Source: Azolla caroliniana
Taxonomy: Eukaryota; Plantae; Polypodiophyta
Length of the DNA stretch: 64,000 nt
Assembly: GCA_043228905.1 (NCBI GenBank)
Contig: JBHGNT010000011.1
Coordinates: forward strand, 2,170,001 to 2,234,000
Reading direction: 5' to 3'
The notes under the pieces were generated by a model that saw only the letters and a program-made list of their open reading frames with translations, ran no database searches and had not been told where the DNA came from. Below, one piece after another: positions 1 through 14,900 of this stretch. Position 1 is the stretch's first letter; each line of letters opens with the position of its first letter. The position numbers and the translations under genes are program-made.

Positions 1-269
1 ACAAGGCGATGGAAGTGATGGAGGCGTTGCCATCGTCGGATCATATTGAGTTGTGGATTGCCCTATTGGGTGCTTGTAGAAAATGGGGAAATGTGAAAAT
101 TGGGAGATTAGCTTTTCATCAAGCAATGGAGATTGATCATGGTTGTGGTGCAGCCTATACACTTATGAACAATATCTTTGCAGCAGCTGGTATGCAAGTG
201 GATGCAAAGAATGTGGAAGCTATGAGATTGAAATATTTTGTTGGGAATCAGCTAGAGAACAGTTTGTAG
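1..269 (+). CDS. 3' end of a PLS-class PPR protein with E domain and no DYW (RNA-editing factor family); 5' part lies outside the window
   Basis: WIALLGACRKWGNVKIGRLAF...AAYTLMNNIFAAAG matches the E1/E2 motif pattern; the frame is open from the window start; stop at 267-269. Confidence 0.85.
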   Translation, partial: KAMEVMEALPSSDHIELWIALLGACRKWGNVKIGRLAFHQAMEIDHGCGAAYTLMNNIFAAAGMQVDAKNVEAMRLKYFVGNQLENSL

Positions 270-340
270 ATGGATATGGTGATCATTTATTTTTATTGAA
301 AACATAACAAAACCCGTGGTATGATGGCTGAAAGTGAAGA

Positions 341-1311
341 TTCAACAACCTCCTCCCTATGGAAAGGAATGAAGTTTAAATTGAGAATTCTATATTCCAA
401 ACATGCCTCGAAGAACAAGAAGAAAAAGTCAACCGTTGGATAGGATGCTTAAACACTCTCACATATTCAATGCACAACTCCATTAATCTATCCTTGTATA
501 GGACTGAAAGGTCGATCCAGCGTAAAGCTCGAGGGTGAAACCTCGAAATTGACCAAAGCTTGAGGATGGAACCGTGAAGTTTATCCAAAGCTTGAGGGAG
601 AGACTTCAAAGCTTGACCAAAACTCGAGGATGAACCCTCAAAGCTTATGCAAATCTCAATGGCAAAACCTTGGAGATCATCCAAAGGTCAATCGAGGTCA
701 ATCCATGCGTGAAAGCTCGATCAAGGGCTAAATCTCGAGTCGACTAGAGGAGTGAGTGCTAAAACTTGAGTATGCTAAAGGTCAATAGAGGGCCAAAGCT
801 CAAGTTTGCTAAAGGCCGACTGAGTGCTAAAGGTCCAATAAACTAAAAGTAGATCAAGTGCTACAACTTAAGTTTGATTCTCTCTCAAAGAATGGCAGAC
901 AACAAAAAGAAGGTTCGAGTAGAAAATCATACAATTGGAGCTATAAAAGATGGCACAACAACAATAGAACAATGTTAAATGGTTGAATGCTCAATATGTA
1001 GTAGAAATCAGTAAGCAAACTTCGCCAAACCCTAAAATCTCTGCACTAACTCCAAATGCTTCTCTAAACCCAAAAATCTTCAGTGTGATACCAAATGTTG
1101 GTTAGCTATGACATTATGTAGGCACATAGAAAATTACACTCTATTCAACTACAACAAAAAACTTTGCAATAACTTGTGTATATACAACTTACATTCAACT
1201 TAAACCTTTCATTAATTATGAATGTGGCCATTACCACATATACTATAATTTCATAGCTTCAAGTGTTGGCCTTGTACTCCTTAGTAACGACACCAAAAAG
1301 ATGTGTCAACT
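341..1311 (-). mobile_element. Degenerate LTR retrotransposon remnant
   Basis: GATACCAAATGTTG at ~1087-1100 is a reverse tRNA-iMet PBS next to an LTR terminus. CAACA followed by CCTCCTCCCT at ~343-358 resembles an LTR edge plus reverse PPT. No recognisable coding domain. Confidence 0.4.
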
Positions 1312-1399
1312 CACGTTGTTCACATCGAGTGCACGTCTCTATACCATCAAACTTGTGTCTCCACTCTGGCATTGTTGGTCGAGGGGTTTGGACTATCAT

Positions 1400-3200
1400 T
1401 TACAATATTGATGATGAGTCACAATGAAAGTGGTTGTCAATTACTCGAGCTACTAATCCTAATCTTGCAAACTCTCACCGACCTCTCATTAGAGCATTAA
1501 TCTCACTACGAAGTCTGTTAATACCCTAATTTGTTTTATAGTTAAGTAAACACACTAGTAAGAGACCCCTTTCACATTGGCGTAGTCATTAGGCCTAAAG
1601 TTCTATAGCAAACATTGTGCTATTGCCCTTCCCTTGGTATTGCATTTAGTCCTTAGTGCCATTGCCTATGCTTATGTATTCACGGGTTGTAGGAACAACC
1701 CTGTGTCATGAAAACAACAAGCATGTGAGAGTTCTAAAACTACGAGATGGGAAAGAAAGGGGGAAACCACGATCTAAAGGTCATATAAAAAACTTTGGTA
1801 TTCGTGAATCTAAAGAAAATATGTGCATGGTGAGTTATTTTTTCCTCAATTGGAGACCCCAAGAGCCACGATCTTGGAGATATCACATGCAACGAGATTT
1901 GAGTGGGACAAACAATTCAAGGGAAGCTCCCTCCAAGTTAATGGCATTTCATTCAAGAGCACATGTTGATGGTTCCAGGGGGTATATTCTAGGCACCATC
2001 GCCAAGTTAATGGTATTTTCATCATGGGACAAAGAAGTGGCATGATTGTCAAATGAGCATGGGCATTGGTTGACACTAAAAGGTAAAGGGTGGCCATGTG
2101 TAAAGAGCATTGTGTGGCAACCCACAATGAATATGGGAACCAAAATTGAGTGATTACCATTGAACTACATTGTGTTTTCGTGGTCTAACAAGATACTTTC
2201 TATATGGTGTAAGAGTTAATCCCGTTGTGTTTATGCATGTACCCCTTGATGTACACTGTAAGTTGCTTTGCTAGATTGTGTGTGAACTTTTGTAAATTAA
2301 ACTCTAGCTGGTTTGGAATTTTGTACTTCCAGAGAAATTTGTGCGTGTTTAGGAAGCCAAAACTTGGACTTGTTGTAATGCCACCCTTAAGGTGTTGTTA
2401 GCACCTTCATCACTTGCCACATTATTGAGGTTCAATTGTGTGCACCTCAACAATGCTCTTACAAAAGGGTGGTGACACTAGCACATGTGTCAATTAAATC
2501 TTAAGATGTTATGCCCATGGACTTCACAAAGGAGGTAAAGGAGTTGGTATACATTTTAGACATGTGGGTGGTTGTTGATAAGATTTGTCCTTCCCAGTGG
2601 TATTTACAATGTACCAACATCTAAAGTTTTAGGTTGTACACAAGACATGGCTACCATGAAGCAATCAAGGATTATGCCATTCTCATCACAACATTGTATT
2701 CCGATGGGGTGCATTTTTTCTATGATAGCGAGCAAAATTCAATTGCACCAAGGTCATGACAGAATCAGAACTCATTTTGTAGGATAGACTATCCTAAAGT
2801 ATTGGCCATAAGCATTCATCCCAATGGTAATCTTCGCCTTTGTTCACTTGACATACCAATAACCTTGCTTCGAAATCTATGATCATTGATTGTGATCATC
2901 CATAACCAGCCTACCTTCTTGTTCATGTTCCCTCTCGACATACACTTCCACTTTGTAAGTCTGGTTCTCCTTTCCGATGTAGATGATATCATCCCTCTCT
3001 TGCAATTCATCACGAGAGATCTTACGCAAAGGAAAGGTCGTCCTAACTGGTTGTCGTAGTCCCACTTGGTTGACTGATACAGTAATGAGAAATGTGAGCC
3101 AACAGTTGTGAAGGCGTGTGATCAGATGATCATGCCCAGCTTGGAGATTCAAGTTGTACCCATGGAAATGCATCGTGCCATGAAACAAGGATCCAACCCC
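1400..3200 (-). mobile_element. Possible highly decayed gypsy pol/integrase remnant
   Basis: Only weak resemblance of minus-strand fragments (LLRC...H..GG; LFTHGHPLP) to gypsy integrase. Confidence 0.3.
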
Positions 3201-3464
3201 GTAAAACGCATGTAATGGTGAGAGCTACGAGGCAAAGCGGACGATCGATTGGATATTCGATGGTGTGTCTCTATAGCCGGGCGATTACTAGAGACATCCT
3301 TTCCTCATGAGGAAACCTTTCCTGATGAGGAAACCTTTTAAACCTTAAGTTGTAGGACATGCTCTGTTCCTCACCCCACTAAAAACAGAGACTGAGCCAG
3401 AGCCAGAGAACCATAGCCATAGCCATAACAGCCAGGAACAGAGAGCTACTCCAATTTGATACAC

Positions 3465-3485
3465 ACACACACACACACACACACA
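3465..3485. repeat. (CA)n microsatellite directly upstream of the AKR start codon
   Basis: Seen directly in the sequence. Confidence 0.9.
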
Positions 3486-3489
3486 GAGG

Positions 3490-5361
3490 ATGGTGATACC
3501 TCGCATCAAGCTTGGATCGCAGGGTTTGGAGGTCTCTGCTCAAGGGCTGGGATGTATGGGCATGTCTTTTGGCTTTGGCCCCCCCAAGCCTGAGGAGGAG
3601 ATGATAGATCTCATTCGCTATGCAGTGAATGAATTAAATCTCACTTTCCTCGACACTGCCGATGCCTATGGTCCTCACATCAATGAAATCCTTCTCGGAA
3701 AGGTAATCTATCTTCGTGATCCATTCATTCTTCTTTAAAATCATTACTGTTTTTTTTGTCTTTTGTTATGTTTTTCCATTCTTCTTAGCGGGGTAAAACC
3801 CTAATTCATTCACTATTGGGGACCAGAAAATCTACTCAAAGTCCATAAATGGAAGGATAGCTATGTTTTGCAACTGATTTTCGTAATAGTGTATGAGCTT
3901 CTCCAATGAAATTGGTTCTTATTTTGTGCTAAAACCCTGAACATAACCCGGATTAATCCATTCATTCCTCAGTTTTCTTACCCCTTTAAGTCATTACTCT
4001 GAGTTTTGTTTTTTTCCTCTTGTCTTATGTGTACGAAACCCGTAATTAATTCATTTCTCTGGACCAGAAAATCCACAAATTATCCATAAACATAGATTAG
4101 CAATGTCTGGTAGCTGATTTTCATAATCATATGCGAGCTTCTCCAATGAAATTGATTATAGGGCAATTGAGATTCTATGAATAGAGAATCTATAGGAGAT
4201 TCTCATCATTGCCGTTTTGTACCATGGCAGGCTTTGAAAGGCATTCGGCATAAAGTTCAGCTAGCCACCAAATTTGGCATCTGTTATGAGAATGGAAAAC
4301 GTGTTTTCCGTGGCGACCCGAGCTATGTTCGAACATGCTGTGAAGGAAGCTTGCAGAGACTGGACGTGGATTATATCGATTTGTACTATGTTCATCGCAT
4401 TGATTATAGAGTGCCGATCGAGGTTACGGTAAATTTAAAAGCGTTCCTCTGGAAAGAAAGAAATGTTTGGTCTAGAGTAGAAGTACCCATTATGTTGCAA
4501 TGGCTCATTTTTGTGGGAAGCCATTGTTTCTATGCCTAGATTGGAGAGATGAAAAAGCTTGTTGAAGAAGGGAAGGTAAAGTACTTGGGCCTCTCTGAGG
4601 CTTCGGCTTCTACAATCCGGCGAGCTCATGCAATACACCCCATTACAGCTGTTCAACTGGAATGGTCATTGTGGACTCGTGATTCAGAACGAGACATCAT
4701 TCCGACTTGCAGGTTTTTGCTCCTTCCTTAACGTGTTATAGTGTTTTGATAAAGAGTGTTGGATCCTTCTAGTGTTTTGATTTGAGTTTTAGAGGGTGTT
4801 TTAGTGTTTTGAGAAGCATATGATTGCAGGGAGTTGGGTATTGGTATCGTGCCTTTTAGTCCACTAGCACGCGGTTTTTTCTCAGCTGGACAGAAGGTTT
4901 TAGAAAACTTAACTGGCAATGATGTTCGTAAGGTTAGTGTTAGGATTGTTTTTCACTTAAAGAAAAATTGTACCAGAACCATTTCATTTTGCTAACTTTA
5001 TCTTCTCATGGTTGTTTAGACAATGCTGCCAAGATTTGCATCTGACAACCTCGATCATAATGTGGAGTTGTTTGTGAGGTTGAGTGAGATTTCTTCTAGA
5101 ATTGGGTGTACCCCAGGCCAACTTGCATTAGCATGGGTACAACATCAAGGAGATGATGTGGCTCCCATTCCAGGCACAACAAAGAAAAAGAACTTGGAGG
5201 AGAATGTGGGTTGTTTCAATGTTAAACTCTCCAAGAAAGACATCGAAGATATAGAAGCCATATTCCACAGCCAATGTGCTAAAGGTGATAGATATACAGA
5301 TATGAACATGAGCACAATGGAGTTGGAGACCATCCCATTGTCAGAATGGCATGGTTTTTAA
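3490..5361 (+). CDS. Aldo-keto reductase (auxin-induced PCNT115/AKR13-like), ~342 aa. Exons 3490-3702, 4231-4428, 4540-4712, 4830-4932, 5020-5361
   Basis: Motifs [54 protein letters not shown]. The D-Y-K-H catalytic tetrad is present. All four introns are GT-AG and keep the frame. Confidence 0.95.
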
Positions 5362-6699
5362 GATGTGTATTAAAAACGCAGGGGAATTCTCCAGATTCTA
5401 GAACTTGTCCAGAATCATTTTTGTATTCTGAAGTTGAGTGTCTGGTCTTGGCTTGAATAATTCAATAAAACATCTTTTTATGATAGATGTTCTACCAAAT
5501 GACGAACAATGTTAAGGCCTAAAGACACCCTTATGTATTATTTTGTATTTTCATATATTATTAGTATATTTCCTAACCACCTTTCGAACGGGTGTGACTG
5601 TTCACCCAGCTGTTGTCTCTATAACTGTCTCTAGGCGAATAGAACCAGGGGGGAATGATAATAGAGAACCTATATTTGTTTTCTTTTCATATTTGTGAAT
5701 GATTGAAGCAGGTTGTCTGTGTATGTGATTTACTGTTACTAAGTGATCATGTTATCCGGCATTGGGTATTGTTGTTCCTAGGCGGATAACACTTGGTGGC
5801 CCACGATGGTACTTCTTCTCAGAAGGCTTACCGTGTGTGCAACATAACAAAGCATGAACAAGACAGACGTCCAGGAAATCTCCAGAAACTTGTCGTGGGC
5901 AAGGAGAACGTGAGAAGTTGGCATCAGACTCCGCCACAAAACATTGGTTAGCATATGATGCAAAGTGTCGACAAAGATTAAAAGAATCAGGAGATGACAA
6001 CGAGACCCATGCAGCAACATCATCCAGGGGGTAGGCACAACAACAACAGAACTGGGAACTGCCACACAGGAGGACTATTGTGAGTCAGGCTTGCCATCAG
6101 GGTATGCTACACCAGAGGAGGATGCAGTGATGCCCACAGTCGAGGATGAAACCCAGCGAATGGGTGAGGGATTTCATTGTACGGTTTATTCTTGCACACC
6201 AGCAGATCAAAACAGCATTCTGATCAACTGATGCCGTCCTCAACAGAAATCTTTTTACAAGCAATGCCCATGAATTAATGCACCATGCTCAGCTCACAGA
6301 ATCCAGACACAATTGCTCGCAAGGACTTCATCGTCATGGCACAACAAACAGCTGGCTACCACGAGATTGGCGCAGGGGGATTTCGGAGTTGGAATGGTGG
6401 CAGCTTCGATGGATGGCAGCTCCACAAGAACATCTACTAGTTTTTGACAGGACCTATGGTGTCCTCAATGTCAGAATCCCGGCCATTTAGCTATAGAATG
6501 TGGATTGAACAACCAATGCTGAGTTGACCATGCTTCCTGCAGATTTCGTGATCCCCAAATTTGCGTGCATCCAATTATTGTCCATGCCCAATGGGTTTTG
6601 TGCACTATGAGGGCTAAGGAGGAGTCTTGGTGATGAAAATAGTTGTGCAAATGTTGATGTGAATGTGGAGTCAACATCTATCAATGAAATGCCTTCATC

Positions 6700-8420
6700 A
6701 ACTTTTGTTAATGCATCAACAAGTAAAAAGATAAAAGTAGACAATACTGAACCCTTAAAAGTGTCATGGCAAAAGCAAGTTGATAAAAATGCAGATGAAG
6801 CTATCAGTAGGTTTTATTTTTTGTAGAGGATGTACCGGACGTAAAAGTGGGAAATGCATATTTTCATGACATGATAAAAGCAGTAGCACTTGTTGGGCCT
6901 TCTTATAAGCCACCATCTCCTACTCAATTACGTAGAAGGCACTTGAATGAAGAGGTGACCATGATGGATGAAAATGAGATTATGTGAATTAGAGAAAATG
7001 GACAATTGTTGGATTTATTATTGCCAGTGATGGTTGGTCAGATACCAAGAATAGACCTATAATTAATGTCATGGCTACTTTTGCATATGGCACTGTGTTT
7101 CTGAAATCAGTTGCCACTAGTGGAGATTGTAAATAAGGAGAGTACATATCCTTAAGATTTTAAAGGATATTATTCTTGAGATTGGCACATAATGTTGTGA
7201 AAGTTTGGACAATGCAACAAATTGGGTGGCAGTTGGGAGGATGATAGCGAGAGAGTGGCCCATGAATGTTTTTAATAGATGCACATGTCACTACCTTGAT
7301 TGGTTGTTTGAGGATATTGGAAAATGTGCTTGGGTTCATGATGTTTTGAAATTAGCTACAAAGATAACCGTATTTATAACACGAAAACAATATTCTTTGG
7401 CAATGTTTCGTAAGTTTAGGGAGAAGGAATTGTTAAAGGTTTCCACCACCAGGTTTGCCTATAGTTTTATCGTGCTTTCAAACTATTTGGATAATAGAGT
7501 CAAAGGTGGATTAAGAAGAATGCTGGTTAGTGAACAATGGTGTCAATGGAAAGGATCGAAAACACAAGGAGAAGAAATAGTTTCGATTATACTTGATGCT
7601 TCTTTTTTGGGCAAATATGAAGAAGATAGTGAAGATATGCAAGCCAATCCTAAAAGTTCTTAGATTGGCGGATAGAGAAGGTGCAACCATGGTTTTAATT
7701 TATGAATGTACTCAATGTATGATAGAAGAAATAAACCACATTAAAGATGTAGATCATATAATGCTTGATGAAACTAGAGGAATATGTATGCAAAGGTGGA
7801 CAATGCTACACGCACCATTTCATGCAACCGGTTTTATTTTGCATCCAATTTGGAGAGAAAAAATTCAAGATATTGATGACAAGGTCAATACAAGTTCGAT
7901 GGAAACTATTATGCGTTATATTGATAGTGATATACATCTATGTGGTGTTTTATTGGATGAATTCTCGCTTGTAGAACTCAAGACAAAAGTACCTTTCAGG
8001 TTCCTATGGCAAACGATCCAACTAGAATGCATAATGCAATTAAGTGGTGGGGAACATTTGGAGCATGCACTCCAAACTAAAAAAGGCTTGCAATTCGTGT
8101 GCTTTCTCAAGGTTCATGTGCATCTTCTTGTGAAAGAAATTGGAGCACATTCTCATTGATACATACAAAAAGAAGAAATAAGATTGACTCATGCTCATGT
8201 TGAGAAATTGGTTTATATACATACAAATCGTTGTCTCATTAGAAGAATAAGGGAAAGGGGATTATGCCTTAATTGAAGAAACATTAGATACGATCAACAA
8301 AGAAGATGATGATGAGAGGCTTTTGAGAATGCAAAACCAAGCTATTGACGAAAATGATGTTCATGAGGATATTATTGATGAGCTTGAAGATATGGATGAT
8401 GAAGATGATAGTGCATAGAC
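6700..8420 (+). mobile_element. Decayed hAT transposase (DUF659 plus hAT dimerisation domain), frameshifted
   Basis: FHDMIKAVALVGPSYKPPS, ASDGWSDTKNRPIINVM, DNATN, C-T-C-H, STTRF, PILKVLRLAD and SSCERNWSTFSLIHTK...EKLVYIHTN occur across several frames, followed by an acidic tail. No TIRs identified. Confidence 0.9.
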
Positions 8421-8594
8421 TCTTAAATTTAGAAGTTAGAAATTAGAATATAATGGTTCATAAACTCTTTAATTAAAACTTTTCTTTCTGCTAGGTGTGA
8501 TTTTGAAGACCTTTCATATTCCTATTAATGAGTAATTGTTCTTTTTTTAGTGAATTAATTAATTTTTAATATGTAAATTTAATTTGCAAAACGT

Positions 8595-9871
<1,277 letters not shown>

Positions 9872-11912
9872 CTTGAATTAACCAATATAACATCATAAGG
9901 GATCTGCCAAATGCAACAAAAAATATCTGCAATTATTTGCTGGCAAAGATTAGTTGTGTTTCATGAATCATTGTTGCCATAAAAAATATCTGAAGTTTAG
10001 TGTCCAGTCTTGGCATGAATAAATCAATATAACATCATAAGTGCTTTGTTGAATGCTACAAAAGAGATCTGGGATTGTTTCTTGGCAAAGATTTTGGTGT
10101 TTCATGGGTTATGTTTCTTAATGCTTCAATCATAGTTATAAAAAACATCCATTATATTTTAGGTCTGGAATTTATCCCTACAAGAATGAACATTAAAGTA
10201 TCCTCTTGTGGGTTGAATTTTGGCATGAATCAAAATCCTTCTTGTCCTTCCTGTCCAACGATTGTCAGAACCAAAAAACTATATTTCAATCTTTAAGTCT
10301 GGAGTTTTGTTACAGGTAAATTGTAGGTTTTTGCCAAGGAACATGGACAATGCACTATTGAACATATCCTCATATACTTTCACTCTATTAATTAAGAGAA
10401 ATTATCACTATAAATAGAATTATCAATTTTGCATTTGGGACATTTACGCTAAACTAAAGTCAATATATTATTATTTGAAATTAGAGGTGTTAGGCTGATA
10501 CACCCAATCCTCAATAAATTCCTGGGCAAAATAAATGGTCATCATATGGTTGGGCAACGAACAATGGAGAAAGTCCAGGGGCTTTCTACAAGGTATAGCA
10601 ACGAGAACCTTCCAATCAATTTGGGTAGGACAAAGTGGATTTTTGGTGTGGTTTTCTGACAAAGAATCATCTAGTTTGCATTTTGAAAACCTTATCTAAC
10701 TTCACAACAGAGGCCAGCAATATATGAACCTTTGATTAACCTACGGAATAACTTCTGCCTGATCATCATTCCAAAAATGGTAGTGCATCATCTAAACCTA
10801 TTGAACTTGAGAGAAGTAACCTCTCAAACTTATACATTCATCATTGATGGATTGAAATGTGGGTTGTCTATGGCAATACCTATTATTGCCATTGACCTCA
10901 CTTAGATGAATCAATCATTTTATCTCGCACAATTCAACTATTCTTATATCGAGATCTGATGGCATATCCATGTTGTAAAAAGCTAAGCATTTAATAGTTC
11001 AAAGTAGAAAGTTTGGATTCCTCGAATGTATGTAACTTACAGAATACCAAATGACAAGAAACATAGGAAGCATCAAAGAAACATAGGAAGCATCAAGGAA
11101 AAGTATATTAGCCACATTATTTGGCTATTAACATTATCGAAGTATGTTATGATGCACTTTAACAATTACAAGTCACCGATTCCTTGAGAAAACAAAGAGC
11201 AAACTTGAGCCCATTTTGAATGAAGATGGCTTAAACGATTGGGGTTTACCCTCCTTGTTAAGTGAACTACAATATATCTTCTGTAGTGAATGAGCTTCAA
11301 ATAAAATAATGATGTTAAATTTTGATGGTATAAGTTACAGCATTTTTCATTGTATGGGGTGTGACATGTCTTTTTGTTACCTCCCCCCTAACAAAGCGAC
11401 AAGAAAAACGTGAACGCCACATTGTTTAGGGAATGACCTCATTTTTCGAGACATATCTATATCTATATAGATATAGACTTTTTTTTTCTTATAGTACAAA
11501 AAACTTGGAAATACATCTCTTTTGCTCCAAAATTTCCATTCCTCACTTCTATCACCAGTTAGTACCTGTTCAAATACATCATAATGAAAAGGGTAATAAA
11601 CCCATTCATGCTTCTGGACATGCCTCTCAAGGTAACAAAAGTTATGTGACAGAACGCTTATAATTGCATAACAATAGAAGTGTCTGTATAAATAATATAA
11701 CTTTAACTTAAAGGTGAAGTGAATAGAGTAATGGAAAGCTTATAGTTGCATAACTAAAACATTAAAGCATTTGTCAAAAGGAAAAAGAAAACGTGATTAA
11801 GCTTATAATTGTATCACTAAAACATTAAAGCATTTGCCAGGAAAAAGAAAACGCGATTTTACAAAAAACAGCATAGTAAATCATATACTTTTTATTTACC
11901 TTTATATATTAT

Positions 11913-14900
11913 TCACTTTCCTTTAAGCTTGCAAAATGCATATAGTCCTGATCCAGAGAAACCAAGAAGCTGACCTAAAACATTTAACTTCAGCATAAAA
12001 AAAAGATGCAGTCAGGAAGATTATATTTATGTAAAAAACCCAAGGAAACACTCTCACTATTCAGTAAAACAACATTTACCCAGTCAAATGGTAAACCTCC
12101 AAACCATACCCACCCTAATACCACAGTAAGCAAGTCCTGAAAATAAGACAATAATATAAATAAACATTTGATGAGCTTTAGCAAATAAATGCAATCATCT
12201 ATAAGATAATAGATAATAGGGTAGGGATAAGGTTAGCGATAGGAATAGGAATATCAATATCCCAGGGATTGGGACAGGGATATTGGGGTCAAGATCAAGA
12301 TCGAAAGATTGAGATAGAACCATCAAAACTTTCACACACACAGGAAATATCTCCGACAAAGTTTCTTTTGTTAAAAAAAAAACAAATAATAAACAAAGAG
12401 TGACAGTAAATTTACCTTCAGATTCCCACAAATTGTTTGAGTCAAGGGAGAGTTAAGTGTTGTATTCAAAAAGATTGTATAATTCAAGAAGAATGCCAAA
12501 ATGCATGAAGCCAACACAACAAGCTACAGCAGAAAAGATGGCACCAATAAGTACAAAATGGACTAAAACAGAAACAAAACAACAAAAAGTTATTCAAGCA
12601 CCAAAACCATACTTGAAACCCTGTTTCCGACACTCGAGGAAAATTCATGGTTCTCTCTAAATCTCCACTTATAATTGCCCATACTGCTAATACGGGTCCA
12701 CAGATCATACCTGTCATGAAGATCATATTCCTTATTCTTATTCATACACTTCCAAGTACCTTTATAAATCATATTCCTTGATTCTTACTCATACCCTTCC
12801 AAGTACCCTTGCGGAGGATATATAAAAATAGCTTACATTTCAGTTTAGAAGCATACCATTACACCACATAAGACCAAAACTGTTGAGCCCACTTGTTTTA
12901 CCTGGTCATTCAAAATATCAGTACAGGCTGGTGTTAGATATTTATAAATCTAAGAAATAGATACTGATAGAAAAGGATGGCTCACCAAAATGAGAGATGG
13001 TTGAGAGATATATAGCAGTTGTCAAATTTGATAGCAGAACCACCATGTAACCTTGCAAATTGAAAGACAGATCTCGTGAACCAGCTACAAACGCACCCAA
13101 GACTATGATTCCAACACTGGTAGCAAGAAAAAAAAGAATCAGTCGCCATCTGGATTCTATGCACTTGTATCAGAATATACATGCAAATTTTTAGTACCAT
13201 GAACTCAGATTCATGAATAGTTTCACACGCAACAAGCACACTTGCATGCATATAAAACATTAGGAATAAGGGTGTGCCCATAGAATCCTAAATATGTAGT
13301 ATTGGGGAAAAGAATGACACTGCTATAACATTGGCCACACATCCAAAAAGCAAAAGCTTGAAACACAGTTTCAGGAGTTTCTAGAATGTCTTACAAATGT
13401 TCATTCCAGCACCATGTTTCTGAAAACTAAGATTCCTACTCATGTGAGCGATGCCCCAAGGTACACCACGACTTATTTCATCAAAAGCAATCTTACCTCA
13501 GAATACATTGTATCTGGAAACTATGAGCTCCACATAATGATCAATGCCAAAGGAGTAGGTTTATCCAAGTAATATTAGCCCAACTCACGCCACGAACAGT
13601 TTGTTATATATTATTTAATATATCATCACATGCATTTTTGGACATCCGATATCATCCAACGATAGAGTTATGTTCTTGTGGGTTGCACCTGAGACTCATG
13701 AAACAAATTGAATATTTTATAAGAGAGGTAGTTGAGACAACAGGTCAACACGATCTACTTATTCTCATTGTCTCAGTTTACATGCCCTGTAATGAATTTA
13801 TATAAGCGACCCAAGCTAGATAGGGATGCTTGGATGAGTTTATCTTAGCAGTGAGTCAGTAAGGAGTACAGCTCAAAACTCATATCAACTTTCAAAACCA
13901 CTTGGATCCTAGCAAGAATCCCAGTCACTTTTTAATGAAGATCCATATTTTTTTTCTTTCCCATGGTTTTACAATAATGTTTTAGATTTTGAATTTATAG
14001 GAACAACTAAAATTTTACAGAGCTCCATGTCTTACTTCGCAGACAGTCTTGAACAATAGAAATGTAGTTTAAATTTCAATTACATGAACCATACTTCAGG
14101 CTTAGTACCTCTCAAACAGGATTTACATATTCACCTATACCACCAGTTTCCTAAGAAAGGTTAGATTACCTCGCGATAACATATCTGGAATATTTTTGTC
14201 CTGCAAGTATATATTCTATTAACATGGTGAAAAATACTGTTGTCCTCCGTAAAGTTGTATACATTGGCACATTGACACCTCTTATCGATGCCATGCCAAC
14301 AATCTGAAACCATTTAAATGCAAACTTTAGTTGCAATTCCAGTTCTTGTGTCACTCAAGAAGTTTAAAAATATGAAAGCAGAAACAGAACTACAACACTA
14401 ACCATGTAGAATAGGTATGCCACAGAGAGAGGGGAAGTTTTTATTAGTGTGCTATACGGTACAAGTCCTTTGATATAAATGTCTGTCTTTGGATCTTTCC
14501 CAAAGTTGATAACATTCCATGATCTTAATATAAATAGCAGGATACTGGAACAAATCATCTGGACAAGATAAAATATGCTTCTGATTGTAATAAAATTTCA
14601 TTGCAAAGGCTCTTGTACTCTAAGTAGAGCCAATTGAGTATTAAAGTTCTCACCTGAAGCAAGGTAATAAAGTTTGCGCATGGAAAACCATATGATGAGA
14701 GTGCAGCCTTGTTGAACATCACCAGTAAAACTGTAGAAAGCAAAGAGTTCATGTAAGTAAAGACGTTCAGGGGCAGATTAAGATATAACATTTCAAAAAA
14801 TCTATGAAAAAGACAATGGAACACAACACATGTAGATGCTCAGCCTACCAAATCATGAGATCCAGAGATACTATTCTCTTGCACAACCAATACACCAAGG

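Noticed and set aside
10075-11860. Short ORFs, a 21-bp direct repeat (~11056-11097) and an AT-rich palindrome (~11455-11478)
   Set aside because: AT-rich intergenic/3' UTR sequence with no family motifs; ordinary slippage products.
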